Shown here: one piece after another, positions 58,516 to 64,000 of the stretch | Numbering within the stretch: position 1 is the stretch's first letter | Layout: each line of letters starts with the position of its first letter | Source: Neocallimastix sp. 'constans' | Lineage: Eukaryota | Length of the DNA stretch: 64,000 nt | Direction: 5' to 3' | Assembly (NCBI GenBank): GCA_050613775.1 | Contig: JBODTK010000123.1 | Span: 372,001 to 436,000 of the forward strand | Position numbers and translations under genes: made by a program | The notes under the pieces: generated by a model | What the model was told of the DNA's origin: nothing | What the model saw: the letters and a program-made list of their open reading frames with translations, nothing else | Databases searched by the model: none

Positions 58516-59435
58516 TGGAGAGGCCCAAGCATGAGTGGAACCCTTAGACCAAGCCTTTTCTGGATTGCGATAAACAACGGGTTTTTCTATAATTTATATA
58601 TAATATAAATAATTATGGATATTAATATATATTTATAATTTATTTTTTCACAATAAATTTTTTTTTTTTTATTTAAATATGTTATTATTATTATTATTAT
58701 TATTATAAATATATTGTAATATTTTTATTATGCTTTTTTTATATACCTTCTTTTGGAACAGAAGCATCATCAACCATATTTTTAATTTCTTTCCAATCTA
58801 TAAAGTTTAGAGTATGTTTTTAGATTATTAATATAGAAATTGTATATTGTAATTTCAAGATTAAAAAAAAAAAAAATAATTATAAAAAAAAATAATTATT
58901 AATATCTCACATTGTAAAAATAAATAATTTTATTTTAAGAATTATTTATTTAATATTTAGTATAAAAGAAACATAATATAAAAAAATTAAAAAAAAAAAA
59001 AATTTTTTTCTTACTCTTATTTAAATAACTGCTGACTTCAGCACTATTAAATTTAAATTTATTATGATTTATGTTGTTATTATGATGGTTATTAAAATTC
59101 ATATTATTATTTCCATTGTTTCTTGCTTAATTATTGAAATTTGATTATTTTAAAAGAGAAAATAATTATAAATAATTAATAATCATTACAATTGATATAA
59201 AAAAGATTTTATTTAATAATAATAATAATAAATTATTAATATGATATATTACGTATATTGAACTTTCTTCCTGATTTTCTGTATTTAATGAAATATAATA
59301 ATATATGAAGAAAAAAAAAAAAAAAAAAAAAGGAAAAGGAATTCGTTAGTTTTATTTTAAATATAATAATTAATCAATAAAATTTATTTTAAATCATTAA
59401 ATTTGGATATACCTCTTGTCTTCACGAGAATTCAT
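58340..59435 (-). CDS. Small hypothetical protein (about 110 aa, 6 exons)
   Basis: Manual splicing gives an open frame MNSREDKRKSGRKFNIPRNNG...KFNSAEVSSYLNKNWKEIKNMVDDASVPKEEKPVVYRNPEKAWSKGSTHAWASPKTGITSTGADFIAELKKLETKK*, with all intron phases consistent. Confidence 0.75.
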
Positions 59436-60965
59436 TTTATTATTCTAATCAAGATATTATTATATAAAAAAGTTATATTAAATATATAAATAAAATTTAT
59501 TAATTATAATTATTATAATTGTATTTAAGTTTTTAAATTATTTTTATTTAATATATATTAAATTTATTAAAATCTTTGTTCATTATTATTATTTCTAATA
59601 TTTTTTATATGATAATTATTATTTCTTTTGATAAATTTATATTAATTTTGAATCATTAATAAAATCAATATTTTCATAAATTTGTTTAAATTTCCGTATA
59701 TCTGTATGTCGTAATATTATATAATAACAATAACAATATTTAAATATATTACAAAAATAGAATTTTAAAATTGTTATATTCTTATTTATTATCATAGATT
59801 AATATAGGTATTAATCTTCCATTAATAAATTAATATTCTTTTTAAAGTAATGAAATTTCAATTATATCTTGTTTTATATTTTAGGTTAGTACATCCAATT
59901 TTTCAATTAATACTATTTTTTTTTGTTATTAAATTTTTTTTATCTATGCTCTATATCCTTTATTTTTCAATTTACTATATATACATTTAGTTCAATAATT
60001 TATCTTCTTAATCAAGAAATTTAAAATATTGATTCATTATAAAACAATTATACATATATATATATATATATAAAGGTATAATATAAAATATACAATAAAA
60101 TATGGAATAATATATACATTATAATGCTTGTCATACATCTTCGATTATTTTTTCTTTACAAAATTTTAATTTGATACTGTCAAAATGAATGAATTAATAG
60201 TAGTTACAATATTTAATTAAAATAAATAAATAAATAATAAAATTTTATTTATTTATAAAAATTTATGGTTGATTAAATTAATTAAATGCCAAAATGAAAT
60301 ATAATATTTTGGTTTTCGTTTTCTCAGGTTTAAGATGTTTTTTATTATAAATTATAGCAATTCTATATTGTCAATTACTGTTAATGAATTTATTCTATGT
60401 AATAAGAATATTAAGATTATATTTTGTCAAAATTTATAAAAAAAAAAAAAAATTCATAAATAAATATAAATTTATTTATGAATGATTGTATATTTTATAC
60501 TAATTTAAAATAATAAATCTTAACAAATAAATGATTTAATATTAATATTTTTTATAATTAAATATAAAAAATAATAAATATATTGAAAATAAACAAGTAA
60601 ATGTATTTTAACTTCAATATATCCTTTTTTTTTTTTTTTTTTTTTTACTACTGAAAAAAAAAAAGCTAAAAGATATCAATAATAATTAAAAAAAAATTGA
60701 TTAAATAAAATTTATTATTATTTTTTTTTTTTTAAAAATTTTTCTTTTTTTATTTTATATAAATTATATTATGTACATAGATGTATCTTTAAATCATAAA
60801 TTTTTGAATTATATATGGATTTAGGTAGAATAATATTTTATTAGGTAAAGTTTATTTGGTTTGTTAATAAATACATAATATGTAGTTTATTGTAAACTAA
60901 ATTATGTATTAATATAATAATAAATAATAAATAATAATAAATAATAAATAATAAATAGTAAATAA

Positions 60966-61093
<128 letters not shown>

Positions 61094-61840
61094 AGGAAAT
61101 TTTACAATATGATAAATATGATGTATACATTAATATTATTAAGTATTATATGAATAATGTAATATGGATGAACAATTTATGAAATGAAAAAATTAATTAA
61201 AAATTATATATATAGAATACTCTTATATTATATAAATTTAATTAAAAAATCAGTTCTAATTTATATATTTATATTTGAAATATAATTATTAAATAATATA
61301 ATCTAATTAATATTATTAAAATAATAAAATTATTTTTTTTTTATTTTGAATATTATTTTTAAATATTTATTATTAATTATTAATTATTAATTATTACATT
61401 AATATTTTATAAAATATTTTTATATTATTTTATTTTATTTTTTTTTTTAATATTTTAAATTTAAGAGAACATTATATATAATTATATATATATTTTCTAA
61501 AATTATTGTTATAAATCAACTCAATCTTTTTTTTTAATTATCAATAATTCTTAAATAAAAAGTAAATAATATAATAATATTTTTATTTTAAATTATAGAT
61601 TATTGTAAATTTGCTATTATTAAAATTAATTTAGCTTCATTAATTAAAAAAAAAAAAAAAATAAAAAGAGAATAATACAATAACAAAAATTATTTAATTG
61701 AAAACTTTTAATATATTTTAAAGAACTTTGTGACTTTAAATAAATTAAAATTGTGAAATAGAATCTTTCATTAAATAATAAATTAATAAACATTTCATTA
61801 ATTTATATATAAATGTATATTTTATTAATAATAAAGTTCC

Positions 61841-63894
61841 ATGGCATCTGGATATGATAGAGCTTTAACCGTCTTCTCACCAGATGGTCACCTTTTCCAA
61901 GTAGAATATGCTCTTGAAGCTGTTAAAAAGGGTACTTGTGCAGTAAGTATAAAAATAAAATGTTTTTAAATTTTTAGAAATATTTTATATATGCTTTTTC
62001 TTTTCTTTTTTTTTTTTTTTATTATAGGAAAAAAAAATAAGTAAATCAAATTTAATTATAAAAATTTAATAAATATAATTTTCATTTAAAAATGAATTAT
62101 TCATCAAAGAAGTATATATAATTTTTCAATATCAATACTGAATTACTATTGCCATTTCATTCAAGATAGTTATTTTTTATTAAAAATCATTATATATTTA
62201 TATAAAATTCAACAAATTATTAAATGAAGATAAATTTTAATTTTTATATATATTAATCAATGGTATATATATTTAAGTATGACTTAACATTATTTTTCAT
62301 ACATATTTTGAGTAGATCAATAATAAATATATTATAAAATTAATTAATTCAATTTAAAATGTAACAATTTTTATAATTTCATAATAAAAATAATAATTAA
62401 AAAATGTTTTAATAATTCATATATTTAATTAATAAATTTTTAATAACAATTTTTAGTAATTGAAATATTAATTCAATTGTGGAAAATATGAAAATTATGC
62501 AATTTAATAATATTATTAATAAATTATTATTTAATTTCATTTTACAAGTAAATTTGTTAATTTCAACATATTTGATTTAAAAAAATTTATTAATACGATA
62601 AATTCTTTTTTTTTTAAAAAAAAATTTACAACGTAAATAAATGTTAAATATCAATTAATTAAAGTATTTAAGAATAAATAATTATAAAAGTATTTACTAT
62701 TAGTCGTTTATTTTTTTTTTCATTTTCTTTTATATTATTCAAAAATTTGAATTAATAATTGCCACATAATTCTGAGATTTTTTTGCATTGATCATTATAG
62801 AAAAAAGTATTCAAATTCATTATTCAATATTGTATTAAATTTATATTAAAATTTGTTTCATTTATTAGGTTGGTGTAAGAGGTAAAGATGTTGTTGTTTT
62901 AGGTGTTGAAAAGAAATCTGTTCTTAAACTTCAAGATCCTCGTACTATAAGAAAGATTTGCATGTTAGATGACCATATTTGCATGGCTTCTGCTGGTATA
63001 TAATATATTTTATAATTATTTATTTATTTATTTAAAGAGTTATGAAAATTTTATATTTATTAATTTTGTTTTATTTTTTTATTATTTAAAAATTAAACAT
63101 TTAAATTATTATATATTTCTATATATATATTACACTATGTAAAATATTATTTTTTGTTCTAAATAAAAAGGTTTAACTGCTGATGCTCGTGTTCTTATTG
63201 ATAAGGCTCGTGTTGAATGTCAAAGTCATAGACTTGTTGTTGAAGACCCAGTTTTCGTTGAATACATTACTAGATATATTGCTGGAATTCAACAAGTAAT
63301 ATATTAATGATATATTATTTTTATATAAATTATATATAGTAAAAATAATAAAAAAATTAATTGATTATTAAAACATTTTAAATATAATTTAATTAATATG
63401 TTATCATAAATATTTTTTTTATATATAGAAATACACTCAAAGTGGTGGTGTTAGACCATATGGTGTTTCTACTTTAATTATGGGCTTTGATTATGGTAAA
63501 CCAAAATTATTCCAAACCGATCCATCTGGTATTTTCTCAGAATGGAAGGTAATTTTTTCTTTCTATTTTTGAAAATATAATTAAAAAAGAATATTAAAAA
63601 TTAATCAAAGTATAATCAGTACTCATAAATTTATTTTATTAATTATTATAATTAATATTATTATATATGATATAACATAATATGATATAATTTGATGTAA
63701 TATTATATTTTTTTGACATAATAAATTATTTATTATTGAATTATATTGAAAATTGTATTCATTAATAATAAAATTAAAAGGCTACTTCTATTGGTAGAAG
63801 TTCAAAGACTATCAAAGAATTCTTAGAAAAGAATTATGTTGAAGATATGTCAAAAGAAGATACTATAAAATTAACTATTAAATCACTTCTTGAG
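61841..63894 (+). CDS. PRE6: 20S proteasome subunit alpha-4 (PSMA7/Pre6), 3'-truncated by the window edge
   Basis: [39 protein letters not shown]...GLTADARVL...[15 protein letters not shown]...[22 protein letters not shown]. Confidence 0.95.
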
Positions 63895-64000
63895 GTATTA
63901 CCTTTATTTAGTTTTGAATATGAATATGGATATATACATTTATTGAAAATATATTTAAATTAATAAATATTAATATATTATTATTATTGTTATTTTTTTT

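Overview
Extremely AT-rich, intron-dense eukaryotic genomic DNA with long (TTA)n/(AAT)n and homopolymer tracts. By inference from composition and gene style it is most likely an anaerobic gut fungus (Neocallimastigomycota). Eleven spliced protein-coding genes can be reconstructed by eye: a CitE/CLYBL-family citrate lyase beta-like protein with an organellar presequence and a 6-nt microexon, a large unknown protein, RPS23, a secreted histidine-phosphatase-like protein, a TTI2-like protein, a WOPR (Gti1/Pac2) transcription factor, two tandem NDR-family kinases, an ASNSD1-like protein, a small unknown protein and the 5' part of proteasome alpha-4 (PRE6/PSMA7). There is also an ankyrin pseudogene fragment, several minisatellites and hairpins, and a minus-strand cluster of three box C/D snoRNAs (snR79-, snR69- and snR71-like). 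The most unusual signal is three dispersed, GC-enriched, non-coding, stem-rich islands (about 5.1-5.7 kb minus, 12.6-13.0 kb plus, 37.8-38.05 kb minus). They share short sequence blocks in the same order and may be an unrecognised multi-copy structured RNA family. All exon boundaries, alignments and pairings were read manually and need computational confirmation.
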